From NCBI GenBank assembly GCA_030265395.1, contig JARFYF010000112.1:28943196-29007195 (forward strand): DNA of 64,000 bases, in the 5' to 3' direction. Origin of the DNA: Rhina ancylostomus. Its lineage: Eukaryota. Under the pieces are notes generated by a model, which saw only the letters and a list, made by a program, of their open reading frames with translations, was not told the origin of the DNA and did no database searches. Each line of letters starts with the position of its first letter. Position 1 is the first letter of the stretch. This document shows, piece after piece, positions 52,420 to 64,000 of this stretch. A program made the position numbers and the translations under genes.

Positions 52420-53640
52420 AGTCAGAGAGTTGTACAGAACAGAAACGGGCCCTTCAGTCCACCACATCAATGCTGGCCTTTTTGACCATTTACACTAATT
52501 CCATTGTCTCTGTGCCTTGCCTATTTAAGTGCCTGTCCAAAATCCTCTTTAAAAAAAGTGATTGCATCTGGCTACCTCCTCTGGCAGCGAGTTCTAGGTA
52601 TCAACCACTCCATGTGCAAAAAACACCTTCCCCTCAAATCCCCTTTAAAAATCCTTCCTCTCACCTTAACTTTATGCTCTCTTGTTCTTCATATGCTTAC
52701 CATGGAAGAAAGATTTTGGCTATCCCTATCTATGCTCTTATAATCTTATATATTTCTATCAGGTCACCCTTCAGTCTCCTTCACTTATTTGATCTTTCCT
52801 TATAATTAAATTTCTCCAATCCAGGCAACATCCTGGTGTAACTCCTCTACACTCTCTCCAGTATAACCACACCCATCCTATAGCATGGCGACCAGAAATG
52901 CACACAATACTCCAAGTGCTGTCTAATCAGTGCTTTGTAAACCAGGCAAAAAGATTATTTCATTCTGGTCTTTAGACAACATTCACCACCTTGTCTCCTC
53001 AAAAAATGCAATCAAGTTAGTGAGGCAGGATTTCTCCCACACAAAACCATGCTAACTATCCTGATCAGTTATTACCTTTACAGACGTATGTAAATCCTAT
53101 TCCTTAGGATTTTCTCCAATAATGTCCTTATAACTGATGTAAGGTTCAACAGCCTGTTGTTACCTGGCTTTACCCTGCTGCCCTGCTTAAATAAAGGAAC
53201 AACACTGGCCATGATCCAGTCTTCTAACACCTCATCTATGACTAACAAAGATGCATAAACCTCCATCAGGACCCCAGCTATCTCCTTCCTTGCTTCCCAT
53301 AGCAATCTGGGATAGATCTCACCTGGCCCCGGTGGATTTATCAACCTTTACATGTTCCACAACATCTAACAACAACTCTTTCATAATACTGACCTGCTGT
53401 GGATTACTTATGTGCCTCTCCCTGAACTCACTATCTTCCATCTCCTTCTCCCTGGTGAACACAGATGAGAAGTATTCATTTAGGACCTTGTCCTCATCTT
53501 GTGCTCCACATACAGGGATCAAAGGAAAAACAACAGGACCCATTCTTTCCCTGGATACCTTCTTCCTCCTGATATGCTTGTAGAATGCCTTGGGATTCTT
53601 CTAAATCTTACTTGCCAAGGATATTTCATGGCCCCTTTTA
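52420..53640 (-). mobile_element. CR1 LINE with the RT core deleted internally
   Basis: ORFs 53319..53543 (LNEYFSSVFTRE) and 53078..53344 (PGPGEIYPRLL..WIMASVVPLFKQG) join the C-terminal region at about 52945-52980. Confidence 0.92.
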
Positions 53641-55414
53641 TCAAAGAGAACAAAATAATGCCATGAATCTTCACAGTAAAGCAACAGACTGATGCCCCCA
53701 GGCAAAAAAAATTATTTCACTATGGTCAAATAAATGACTTCTTGCTGATGGTTTACATCATCTCATGTACTTTCTTACTTACAAATTATGGAACTTAATC
53801 AAGAATCTCATTAAGACAGTAAAGCAGTAATTGCCCATTCACAGTGGAGCTAGTCTAAATCAGTTCTTTATACCAAGTATGGGGGAAATAAGTTGCATAT
53901 CAATTATCTGAAGTGGAGAGAACAATGGTTTGAACACAGTCATTCATCATAAATAAGAGCAAACTGCCTTATATTAGCTGCATTAGCTAGAACTGAGAGG
54001 ATATTTTAACGTTATTTAGTAACAGTAACCTACATTAAAGTACTGGGAGGCTTCCGACCAGCTTGCCATTTGCTATGAATAGTCAGTGTTTTCGGCTCCA
54101 AATAATCTGTCATATAATTTAGTTATTAAGTTAGGTGAGGGGTTTTTTTTGTATTTAATTAAGAGTGTAAGATTGTCTGAGGCAAATACTTTTCCATTAC
54201 ATTTATATAACAAAGTCATTTACCATTGAAAGGTTTTCCTAACACTGACTCCGAAGTGACAAACCTGCTCCTTTTAAGTCCTCATTGGAATTAGTGTAAG
54301 GACCTTCAACATAGCCCAGCAATTGCAATAAAGTCAGCCTGTCCATGGACAGACCCAAGGTGACAGGGTTGACTAGTGGCAGTGCTTTATTTTCTGCCAG
54401 CAGCACCCAGCAGCCAGAAACGTGAATGGGAACTCTTCTAATAGAGGGCTGGCACTTCTGCTTACACTGTGTTTGCTGTAGAGTCCACTGATACTAATCT
54501 CACCATTGAAAACAACACTGAAATAAATGGGGCATTATATCACTTTGGCTCTGCACAAGCTGCAGTCTTAATTCATAGCAAGTGCTAAAGAATTCCTCAG
54601 TGCTTCCAATTTCTTAAATGTCTAACTTAACCCTTTTGTAACTGTTTGCAAAGAGCCAATTGACATATTAATTATTATCTGTAACAATTGGATGATGGGC
54701 AATTGTACTTTGTGGATGAGCAAAATTAGACAGGAAAGACACCTATTGTACACGACCAGAAAACTGCTATTTAAATTCAGGGTGGTGGGTATTAATCGGA
54801 TGTGTGACTCTTCCCTGAGTGGGATAATCAGAGTGTAGAAGGCAGCACCCCTTTTTGGGCTAATGGGTACTCTTATGTGGTCTCTGTGTCATGAGTGCAC
54901 ATTTATTGGGTGAATCAGGCTCAAACCCAATTGGTAAAGGTGTTAGAGCACATAGTGGAGATTAGTAGAGCACGTAGATCAGAACGTAAATCAACATTTA
55001 AAGCTGATTTGACTCCAATGCTGCCATTTTGAAGTTCAAAGCTCCACTACCACTTATTCTGTAGCAGCAAGATCTACACCAATTTCCCCATCTCTACCCA
55101 ACATTTCCATCTTCCCCCCCTGCCATTATTTAAAGTGATATCAGCTAGTTCCCCTGTTTATTTCTTCTGTTTTTTGTTGTAATTTTATATGCCTTTGGTA
55201 ATTTCTTGAGTTGGTTCAAGTTGCAAAAGCATACTGGGAGTGTGACAAATGATTTCAAGGCTTTGGCTTGAACCAGTTACTCCCAGGCAATGGTGCGTTA
55301 GTCAACTTTTAATTTGCAGTACAGCATGTGTGGGAGGATGAGTAGAGGGCATGCAGTGTAGGACAAACTGCTGGAAGAGAGAGAGAAAAAAATAGGGGAG
55401 AAAGGGTTTCAACA

Positions 55415-55745
55415 GGAGGCACAGTGGCACAACTAGTAGAGCTGCTACCTTGGAGTGCCAAAGACCTAGGTTCAATCCTGACCTCAGCTGCTGAATGTAT
55501 GGAGTTTGCACACTCTCCCTGTGACCATCTGGGTTTCCTCTGGGTGCCCCAGTTTCCTCCCACATCCCAAAGACATGCAGATTGGTAGGTTTCTGTAAAT
55601 TACCACTAGTGTGTAGGAGCAGAATCTGGGGCAAATAAAAAATAGGATTAATGTCAGATTAGGGAAAATGGATGGTTGATGGTCAGTGCAGATTTATGGG
55701 CTGACGGGCCTGTTTCTGTGCTGTATCTCTTTATGACTCTGTGAC
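55415..55745 (+). mobile_element. HE1-like V-SINE with CR1 (HER1)-type tail
   Basis: A box TGGCACAACTAG, B box GGTTCAATCCT, V core, tail GGGCCTGTTTCTGTGCTGTATCTCTTTATGACTCT shared with the CR1 3' ends. Confidence 0.9.
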
Positions 55746-55859
55746 AATGTCCATGTAAACAAGGCTGAATCAGAGACAAACAATATCTGAAAAACCCACA
55801 CTTTAAAATGACTTTCCTCATAGAAATCTACACAGATGTAGTCACAAGGCAGGGCCAGG

Positions 55860-56790
55860 CCTGCACAGGCAACGCCTATTGGATAACTCTGGTGAGACCA
55901 GACTGGAGCTGGAGATATTTGCAGTATCCCAAAATTGTTGTCTGAGGGAGGTCATGACATTTCTTATTACAAGAAGGTTAACTGCACTTCACTTTCCATT
56001 GCCACAGGCCACAAGGCAGAGATGGCACGCAACTTGGGAGATGGGAGCAGCATGGTGGTGCAGCGGTTAGCATAACACTATTACAGCACTAGTAACCTGG
56101 GTTCAACTCCCGCCACTATCTATAAGGAGCTTGTACGTTCTCCCTGGGTTTCCTCCGGGTGCTCCAGTTTCCTCCCACATTTCAAAGATGTACAGGTTAG
56201 GAGCTGTGGGCATGCTACGTTGGCGCTGGAAGACTGACGACACTTGTGGGCTGCCCTCAGCATGCAAAAAGATGCATTTCACTGTGTGTTTCGATGTACC
56301 TGTGACTAATACATAAATATCTTATATCTTTTCTGGGATTGTCAGCTTCCTCATGGTGCAGGATATTGTCGACTACATGTACATCACTTTGCATGCACTA
56401 CAATGTGAACTTTGCCCTGCCTAAATGTGGGCTGTGTCACGACGTCTTCATTCTCCAGCAGTCTCGTTGCATTGGGGCCAATATCAAGAGCTGATTACTG
56501 GGCAACAAGGTCTATCTGCCTCTGGTTCACAGCATACACAAAGCATAACACACACAATAAAAGCCTTTCTACCACACTGAGTAAGCTCAAGCAGACCATC
56601 AGTTTGTGGAAGCAATGCTTATGTTCTCTTTCAGGTCCCGAAAAGGCTTGCTTCTCAACCGAGTCAAGAGTTGTGGTGATTTACTGCACAAACTCACCAT
56701 TGTGAGCTAACAGCATTTGCTGTTAACCAGAAGGCAAGAAGCTGTGGAGGAGGAGCGTAAGGAGGAAGAGGAAGGAGGGAAGGAAGCAAG
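55860..56790 (+). mobile_element. PIF/Harbinger (HARBI1-type DDE) transposase fossil, interrupted by a SINE
   Basis: Collinear motifs QTGAGDIC, CCLREV..HFP, GIVSFLMVQDIVD (IAGFP.VQGAID), HDVFILQQS, *LLGNKVY (WLLGDKGY), QTISLWKQ, then an acidic GAG-rich tail. Confidence 0.8.
56047..56330 (+). mobile_element. V-SINE with Rex1-like tail
   Basis: A box TGGTGCAGCGG, B box GGTTCAACTCC, V core, same tail as the 45231 copy. Confidence 0.92.
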
Positions 56791-57624
56791 CAACATAGAC
56801 TGCCCCTTTCTGCACATGTCCATGCTGCTCACCAAGGCCTCATCCGAGAGCTATACCGGTAACTGAAAACCTCAAACTCCCTTTCTACAGCAGACCCACA
56901 CCATACCTTCCCTCTGTTGTCGATAATAAGAAGCCCACTTGGCATTAACATTAAAATGTTACCATGAAGTTACCATGATATAAATTCTGAACTTTGGTTG
57001 ATACTGAATTACTGTAGGTGTACGTGATAAACCAGCCCAAATTTATCCTTCATTGACATCAATTTAAAGGAAAATTAGGCTGTGCAAATGGGGTGCCTAA
57101 TTTGGTATCATACATTTCAAATGATTGCCTAGAGAGAAATATACTGCCTACAGGTCGTGCGCAGATGCAAATCCAAGGTTGCTTTACATGAACTATAAAG
57201 GGGCACAACCCCAAATCACATGAATGTCTCAGATTCCCTGACTGTAATTATGAAGAGATAGTGATCGTACAAAAGATAACACAATGAAAATTGCAATGAA
57301 AAGTAAATGATGCTGTAGGATCGTTTACTTATGACACTGTGAAGTCAAATTAACCAGAGACTGAAAACAGAAGGCCACTTGTGTGCAGTAAATAAGGCCG
57401 TGTAGATAATTGTATCTTTACTAAAATTTCACTTTATGATGATGGGAGAAGAGAAACAGATTCAGGGTATAGATAAATAGCAATGGCCACTCTACATGTC
57501 CCATAAAACCTCTTCAAGGACCAAATACTTCCACTTCATTGACATCAGATGCCACAGCTGATGTTAGGGACATGATTTTCTATTTTAGAGCAGATAATGA
57601 TCCTATTAATTTCAATCAACCAAA

Positions 57625-58275
57625 AACCCCCGGTCATTCTCTCTTTTCGCTCTCTTTTGTTGGGCAGAAGATACAAGAGCCTGAAAGCACAAACACCAGA
57701 CTCAAGAACAGCTTCCTCCCCATGCACGGTAGTGTAGCGATTAGCATAATGCTTTACAGTGCCAGTGACCCAGATTCAAATCCAGCCAGTGTCTTTAAGG
57801 AGTTTGTACGTTCTCCCCGTGTCTATGTGAGCTTCCTCCGGGTGCTCCGGTTTTCTCCCACATTCCAAAAGACGTATGGGTTAGAAAGTTGTGGGCATGC
57901 TATGTTGGCGCCAGAAGCATGGAGACACTTGCGGGCTGCCCCCAAAACACTATGCAAAAAGATGTATTTCACTGTGTGTTTTGATGTACATATGATTTAT
58001 AAAGATATCTTATTTTATCTCTTGAACAGACCTCTTATACACTGAAAGATGAACTCTTGATCTCCGTATCAACCTCATTGTGGCCCTTGCACTTTATTTG
58101 TCTACCTGCACTGCACTTTCTCTATGACTGCAACATGATCTGCATTGTTTGATTTTTTTATTACTTCGATGTAGTTATGTATGGCACAATATGTCTGGAT
58201 GGCACACAAAACAAAAAAGGTTTTCACTGTATCTTGGTATATGTTACAATAATAAAACCAATCAGTCAATCAATT
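57625..58275 (+). mobile_element. Rex1/Babar LINE 3' end interrupted by a SINE
   Basis: GQKIQEPESTNTRLKNSF; aligns by eye with 62400-62745; tail TTTTCACTGTATCTTGG..AATAATAAAACCAAT. Confidence 0.85.
57724..58020 (+). mobile_element. V-SINE with Rex1-like tail
   Basis: GCACGGTAGTGTAGCGATTAGC head, B box GATTCAAATCC, V core and tail. Confidence 0.92.
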
Positions 58276-58389
58276 TGGCAAAATGTGTCCTCATTAGAAA
58301 CTTTTCCAGTCCTTAAGCTGCTTGTATGAATTCATACACTAAGCTAGTGATGACTTTATTCTGTGCCCATGTGAAATGGTTATTCCACA

Positions 58390-59256
58390 AAAAAGTAGAC
58401 TGGTCCATGTTCAAAGACAGCACTCAGCCTAGATGAGTATGTCACAACTGTCACAGACTTTATCAGCAAGTGTGTTCAGGACTCTGTATCAAAGAGGACA
58501 ATCCAGGTGTTCCCAAACTGGAAACCATGGATGAACTTGGAGATCCACTCCCTACTGAAATCTGGCACTGCAGCATTCAAATTGGGTGACCCTGACATTT
58601 AAAAGAAATTGAGTTACGACCTCTGTAAAGCTATCAGGGATGCCAAGAGACAATACCAGTCCAAAATTGAGTTCCAGACCGGCCATCAGTTGTGGCAGGG
58701 GGCTCACATGCTATAACGGGCTACAAAACAAAATCGGGCAGCATTGCCAACAACAGTGCATCCTTTCCTGATGAGCTTAATGCATTCTATGCACATTTTG
58801 AACATAAGGGGATTGGAATATCACCACCCACCCTGACAGCCTCCAATGCACCTGAACCCACAGTCACTGTTGCAGACGTAAGATCAGTCTTCCGGAGAGT
58901 GAACCCAAGGAAAGCAACTGGCCCAGATGGTGTCCCTAGCCATGCCCTTAGATCCTGTGCAGATCAGCTGGTGGGCGTATTTGCAGACATTTTTAACCTC
59001 CTCCCTGCTTCAATCTGAGGTTCACACCTACTTCTAGAAGACCACTATCATCCCAGTACCTAAGAAAAACAAGGTAACATGACTTAATGACTACTCTGAC
59101 ATCATGAAGTGCTTCGAGAGGCTAGTCATGGCACCCATTTACTCCAGCCTCCCAGACAACCTCGACCCACGGCAACTTGCCTACCACTGAAACAGGTCTA
59201 CAGTAGATGCCATCTCCCTGGCCCTACACTCATCTCTGGATCATCTGGATGGTAAA
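58390..59256 (+). mobile_element. Rex1/Babar LINE ORF fragment, cut by a gap
   Basis: DELNAFYAHFE..VNPRKATGPDGVP..CADQLVGVFADIFNL; MKCFERLV. Confidence 0.92.
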
Positions 59257-59356
59257 NNNNNNNNNNNNNNNNNNNNNNNNNNNNNNNNNNNNNNNNNNNN
59301 NNNNNNNNNNNNNNNNNNNNNNNNNNNNNNNNNNNNNNNNNNNNNNNNNNNNNNNN

Positions 59357-59530
59357 CTGCCCTCCCCCCACCCCGTTCCAGCTGCTCTTTCATCCCCCTT
59401 GCCTGATTCCATCCATTATCCACCTGCCCCCGTCTCCCACCCCTCCCCTCGTCATATTGGCTAACTTCCCTCTCCATTCTCAGTCCTGACGTAGGGTCGT
59501 GGTTCACTGAGTTCCTCCAGCAGCTTGTTT
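59357..59530 (+). repeat. Penelope-associated terminal unit
   Basis: C-rich arm, then CTCAGTCCTGACGTAGGGTC..CTGAGTTCCTCCAGCAG. Confidence 0.7.
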
Positions 59531-59559
59531 CTCCCGCCCCCTACCATCAGTGAAGGAGT

Positions 59560-60415
59560 CACCGGTAACCAGAAATTCAACTGGACCGACCACATGAATA
59601 CAAAAGTGAGTCAGAGAACGGGTATCCTGTAGTAAGTGACTCATCTTCTGACATCCCAAAGCCTTTCCACTATTTACAAGGCACATCAGAAGTGTACTGG
59701 AATACTCCAACTGTCTGAGTGAGTGGAGTTATAACAAGATTCAAACTACTCTGCACCATCCAGAACAGAGCTGAACCTTCCTCACATCTACCACTCTAAA
59801 CATCGTTCCCTCCACCACCGATGTACCGTGACAGCACTGTGTACAGTTACTCACCTGGGCTACTCCAGCAGGATCACCCAAACTCACGACCTTACCAACA
59901 GGACACACAACAGCTTCAGGCACTTGGAAACACCACCAGCTGCAGGTCCCCTTTCAAGTCCCACACCATTATGATTTGGAAGTATATCACCATTCCTTCA
60001 TCATCCAAATCTTAACCCTAAATCCTGGCACACCCTTCCCAATATTTCTGTGGGAGAACCTTTACTTTTATTCATCTTTTGGGACCTGGAGACATTGCTG
60101 AGGCCAGTATTTATTGCTCATCCCTAAATACCCTTGAATTGATTGACCTTATTGCCATTTCAGAAGGCATCCAAGAGTCAATCATGTTGGTGGGTCTGGA
60201 GTCACATACTGGCCAGACCAGGGAAGGACCACGAATTTCCTTCTCTGAAGGACCACAGATAGGTTTCTATGACAATCTGGTGGTTTCTGTGAGGTCATTG
60301 TAACAAATGACTGGATTTTTTTTGAATTTCAGATTATTAAATGAATTTAAATTTCACAGTTGCTGAGTTTGGATTGTTGGGTTCTTGGGTGAGGCCTCAG
60401 GATTACCAGTACATG
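59560..60415. mobile_element. Old LINE 3' fragments (second family)
   Basis: ACCAGAAATTCAACTGGACC, TACAAGGCACA..GGAATACTC, CATTCCTTCATC (plus), then an opposite-orientation tail from about 60075. Confidence 0.65.
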
Positions 60416-60419
60416 AAAA

Positions 60420-60570
60420 TAAAACAAATTGCAGATGCTGGAAATCTGAGTTAAAACAATAAAATCCTCGAAGCATTCAGCAGACCAGACAGCAGCTGTG
60501 GAGAGAGAACCGGAGCCTAAGTTTAGGTCAGTGACCTTCTATCAGAACCACTGCTATTTTCTGCTTTTCT
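60420..60570 (-). repeat. Penelope-associated unit
   Basis: TGCAGATGCTGGAAATCTGA..TCAGCAGACCAGACAGC..GGTCAGTGACCTTCTATCAGAAC. Confidence 0.7.
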
Positions 60571-60844
60571 TTTAGCTCTGTACTGGGAGCAGTTTTTACT
60601 TTTTCTGCACTCATCAGAGTTTCATTGTGCAGCACCAACCATCACATGAATGATCACAGAACCACACATGGAAATGAGGAACAGATAATGGAGAAAGTCA
60701 GTGAAGAAACATCAGTCCAGCGATTGGTTGAAAAGTTTGAAGGCAGACTATTTGCACAGGAAGGGATGAACAACTTCCTTCTCCTGACCTTTCTCCAGGG
60801 TCCACAGTAGGTACAGTGAAGTTACTGGACTGATATCCACAAAA

Positions 60845-61168
60845 TAGGGAACAGTACAGCACAGGAACAGGCCCTTTGGCCCACAATGTGTGTGCTGTTC
60901 ATGTGTCTGTTTTAATATTTCTTCAACTTTGCTATTGTACCTGCATCTGCCACCTCCCCTGGCAGCAGGTACCTATCACTCACGATAAAAAAATTTACCT
61001 CATGAATCTCCTTTAAAATTTCCCCCTCTCACCTTAAAGCTATGCCCTCTAGTATATGACATTTCCACCCAAGGAAAAAGAATCTGACTGTCTACCCTAT
61101 TTATGCCTCTCATAATTTTATATACTTCTATCAGGTCAGCCCCAGCCCCCAACGCTCCAGAGAAAACA
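60845..61168 (-). mobile_element. CR1 LINE 3' end
   Basis: AACAGTACAGCACAGGAACAGGCCCTTTGGCCCACAATG is the reverse complement of the tail at 24445-24490. Confidence 0.9.
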
Positions 61169-61169
61169 A

Positions 61170-62745
61170 TCTATGCACGTTTTGAGCAGAAGGGGATTGG
61201 TATGTCACCATCCACCTCAACAGCTTCCAATGCACCTGAACCCATAGTCACCGTTGAAAGCACAAGATCAGTCTTCCAGAGAGTCAAGACATGGAAAGCA
61301 CCTGGCCCAGATGGTGTCCCTGGCTGTGTCCTTAGATCCTGTGCAGATCAACTGGTGGGATTACTTGCAGACATTTTTCAACTCTCGCTGCTTCAATCTG
61401 AGATTCCCACCTGCTTTAAGAAGACCACTATCATCCCAATACATAAGGAAAACAAGGTAACATGCCTTAATGACCACTGACCAGTGGCTCTGACATTCAC
61501 CATCATGAAGTGCTTCGAGAGGCTGGCCCTGCACTCATCTCTAGAGCATCTGGACAGTAAAGACACCTACGTTAGACTATTGCTTATTGATTATGGCTCT
61601 GCCTTCAATACTATAATTCCAAGCAAACTCATCACCAAACTCCGAGACCTGGGACTCAACACCTCCCTTCACAACTGGATCCTTCACTTCCTGACCAAGA
61701 GAACGCAATCAGTGAGGACAGGCAGCAACACCTCCAACATGATTATTCCAACACTGGTGCCCCACAAGGCTGCATTTTCAGCCCTCTGCTCTACTCCCTA
61801 TACACTCACAACTGTGTGGTCAGGTTCTGCTCTAACTCCATCTACAAGTTTGCAGATGATACCACCGTACAGGCCTTATCTCAAATAACGATGAGTTGGA
61901 GTACAGGAAGGAGATAGAGAGTCTATTGACATGGTGTCATGACAACAACCTTTCTCTCAATATGAGCAAAACAAAAGAGCAGCTCAGTGACTTCAGGAAG
62001 GGGGACGGTGAACATGCTCATGTTTACATCAATGGTGCTGAGGTCGACAGGGTTGAGAGCTTCAAATTCCTAGGAGTGAATGTCATCCATAGCCTGTCCT
62101 GGTCTAATCACATTGATGCTACAGCCAAGAAAGCTCACCAGCTGGAGCTTCTACTTCCTCAGGAGGCTAATGAAATTTGGACTGTCTCCTTTGACCCTCA
62201 CCAACTTTTATCAATGCACCATAGAAAGCATCCTATCCAGATGAATCACAGCTTGGTAGAGTAACTACTCTGCCCAGGACCACAAGAAACTGCAGAGCAT
62301 TGTGGACACAGCTCAGCACATCACGGAAACCAGCCTCCCTTCCATGGACTCTACACTTCTCGCCGCCTTGGTAAAGCAGCCAACATAATCAAAGATCCTA
62401 CCCACCTCTGACATTCACTCTTCTCCCCCCTCCCATCAGATAGAAGATACAAACGCTTGAAAGCAGATACCACCAGGCTCAAGGGCAGCTTCTATCCCAC
62501 TGTCATAAGATTATTGAATGGTTCCCTAGTACAATAAGATGGACTCTTGACCTCACAATCTACCTCACTGTAACCTTGCACCTTACTATCTACCTGCACT
62601 GCACCTTCTCTGTGCTGTAACACTTCGTTATTGTTTTACCTTGTACTACCTCAATGCACTGTTGTAATGAAATGATCAGTATGGATGGTATCCAAGACAA
62701 GATTTTCTCTGTACAGGTGACAATAATAAACCAATTTACCAATTT
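61170..62745 (+). mobile_element. Rex1/Babar LINE, 5'-truncated, RT to 3' tail
   Basis: [40 protein letters not shown] (KFADD), WCHDNNLSLNMSKTKE, FKFLGV; tail AATAATAAACCAATTTACCAATTT. Confidence 0.95.
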
Positions 62746-64000
62746 AAATGTTAGATACTATAGTATATATTATAGTTTTTCTTAAACATATTTATTATAT
62801 GTGGAAGTCATGAATAGTGCAAGATCATGATAGGTTTTCAGCGTACTGTTCTTCCTAGGATGGGATTTAAAGCTGCTTTCAACTAATGGATGTGCCAAAA
62901 GGGTTCCCAAATTTAGCAACAGAATCCTTTGCCCAGGAATTATGCCTTTTTTAAAATCAGTCAATCATTAACAGGAAACATCATTTCTTTTTAAATTCAA
63001 ACCAGCTCATTGTAGCCATATAAGCGTTCAGTTGAGAACATTGTGAAGGTATCACACGATACCATCTGCTATCATTATTTAAAAGTCCTGAACAAGAGCA
63101 TTATACGATGTGAGGGATAAAATTGAAGGAAGATATTCCCAGTGCCTCAAGCTCTCCCCACACCCACCAGCCCCTCCCTATCCTCCCATTTCCAACCCCC
63201 TCCCCCAATACCACTACTACTTCCCACAAACTCAATAATGTCCATTGTTTCCTGTTAGCCTCTGGGTAATTATAGTAACGTGGCACATTTTCATCAGATT
63301 GAAAATATCATTCTCTAAATTGCTGTCTTTAATTATTAATAAGCCCCCTTTGACAAATCTCCAGTAAGTCTACCAATGAAGACCAGGCATTCTTCATTAA
63401 CTTTTTAATCCCAGAAAAATCTCATTAAATTAAAGATTAATTCTCATTGATCTTAAAGGAATATCACTACAGTGTCGAGCCAGACCCTATAGGCTATGCA
63501 GAAAGTTGGTAACCTTGAGCCTGCACTGCATTAAATACTGATAGCCCTGGGGGTCTGAGAGATAATAGCTAGACTTAGCTGTAAGAGGAGATCTTAAGTG
63601 AGACTTCCATGTGAGCTGCCAGGATTGTTGCCAGCTAAAGAGAACTGTAATATTTCCACCACCTTAAGCAGCACATTAGCGAGTATGTGGAAAATATGTT
63701 TGTAAGCTTTGTACTGAGAACAGATGATATTCTTTGAAGACTGAACAGGGCTCTGATAAAAGAGGCAGCTGCTATGAAACTAATTACAACTTGTCTTGAA
63801 ATTCCATTGCCAACAACGTCACTGAACACACTGCGTTCTTTTATCACAAAACTCTTGGAATACTGTTTTCCGGAACATGAATTGTATGGAAAACAGGATG
63901 GCTACAGAGAGAACATTTCTTCACATTCTCTGATTCTTTGTGGAAGAGGCTAAATATTACCATTATCCACTAGTCAGAATGCTAAAAAAAATTCTTTTGA

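Noticed and set aside
57539-58045. Longest ORF (168 aa)
   Set aside because: Chance read-through of flank, Rex1 3' end and SINE sequence
1-64000. Prokaryotic-type systems (CRISPR, operons, retrons, defence islands)
   Set aside because: No repeat-spacer array and no dense coding; all RT motifs belong to decayed vertebrate non-LTR retrotransposons

Overview
Eukaryotic, AT-rich, repeat-dominated genomic DNA with 7 N-gaps. The repeat inventory (HER1-like CR1 LINEs, HE1-like V-SINEs, SacSINE1/DeuSINE-like elements, palindromic Penelope-associated units) points to a cartilaginous fish (shark/ray); this is my pattern recognition, not a database result. I recognise no intact protein-coding gene, RNA gene, CRISPR array or prokaryotic system. 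Nearly all listed ORFs are decayed retroelement fragments or chance. The window looks like a large intron or intergenic region. It holds many 5'-truncated CR1 LINEs, three Rex1/Babar pieces, an RTE LINE, Penelope GIY-YIG remnants, a CpG-rich solo LTR with a 4-bp TSD and several very old PIF/Harbinger transposase fossils. Best leads: short Penelope-type units carrying decayed hammerhead-ribozyme cores with 12-13 bp TSDs, V-SINEs with two different LINE-derived tails, an isolated 71-nt hairpin, and a few weak minus-strand exon candidates. I did not find a convincing new biological system. Repeat boundaries are approximate (tens of bp) unless a TSD is quoted.
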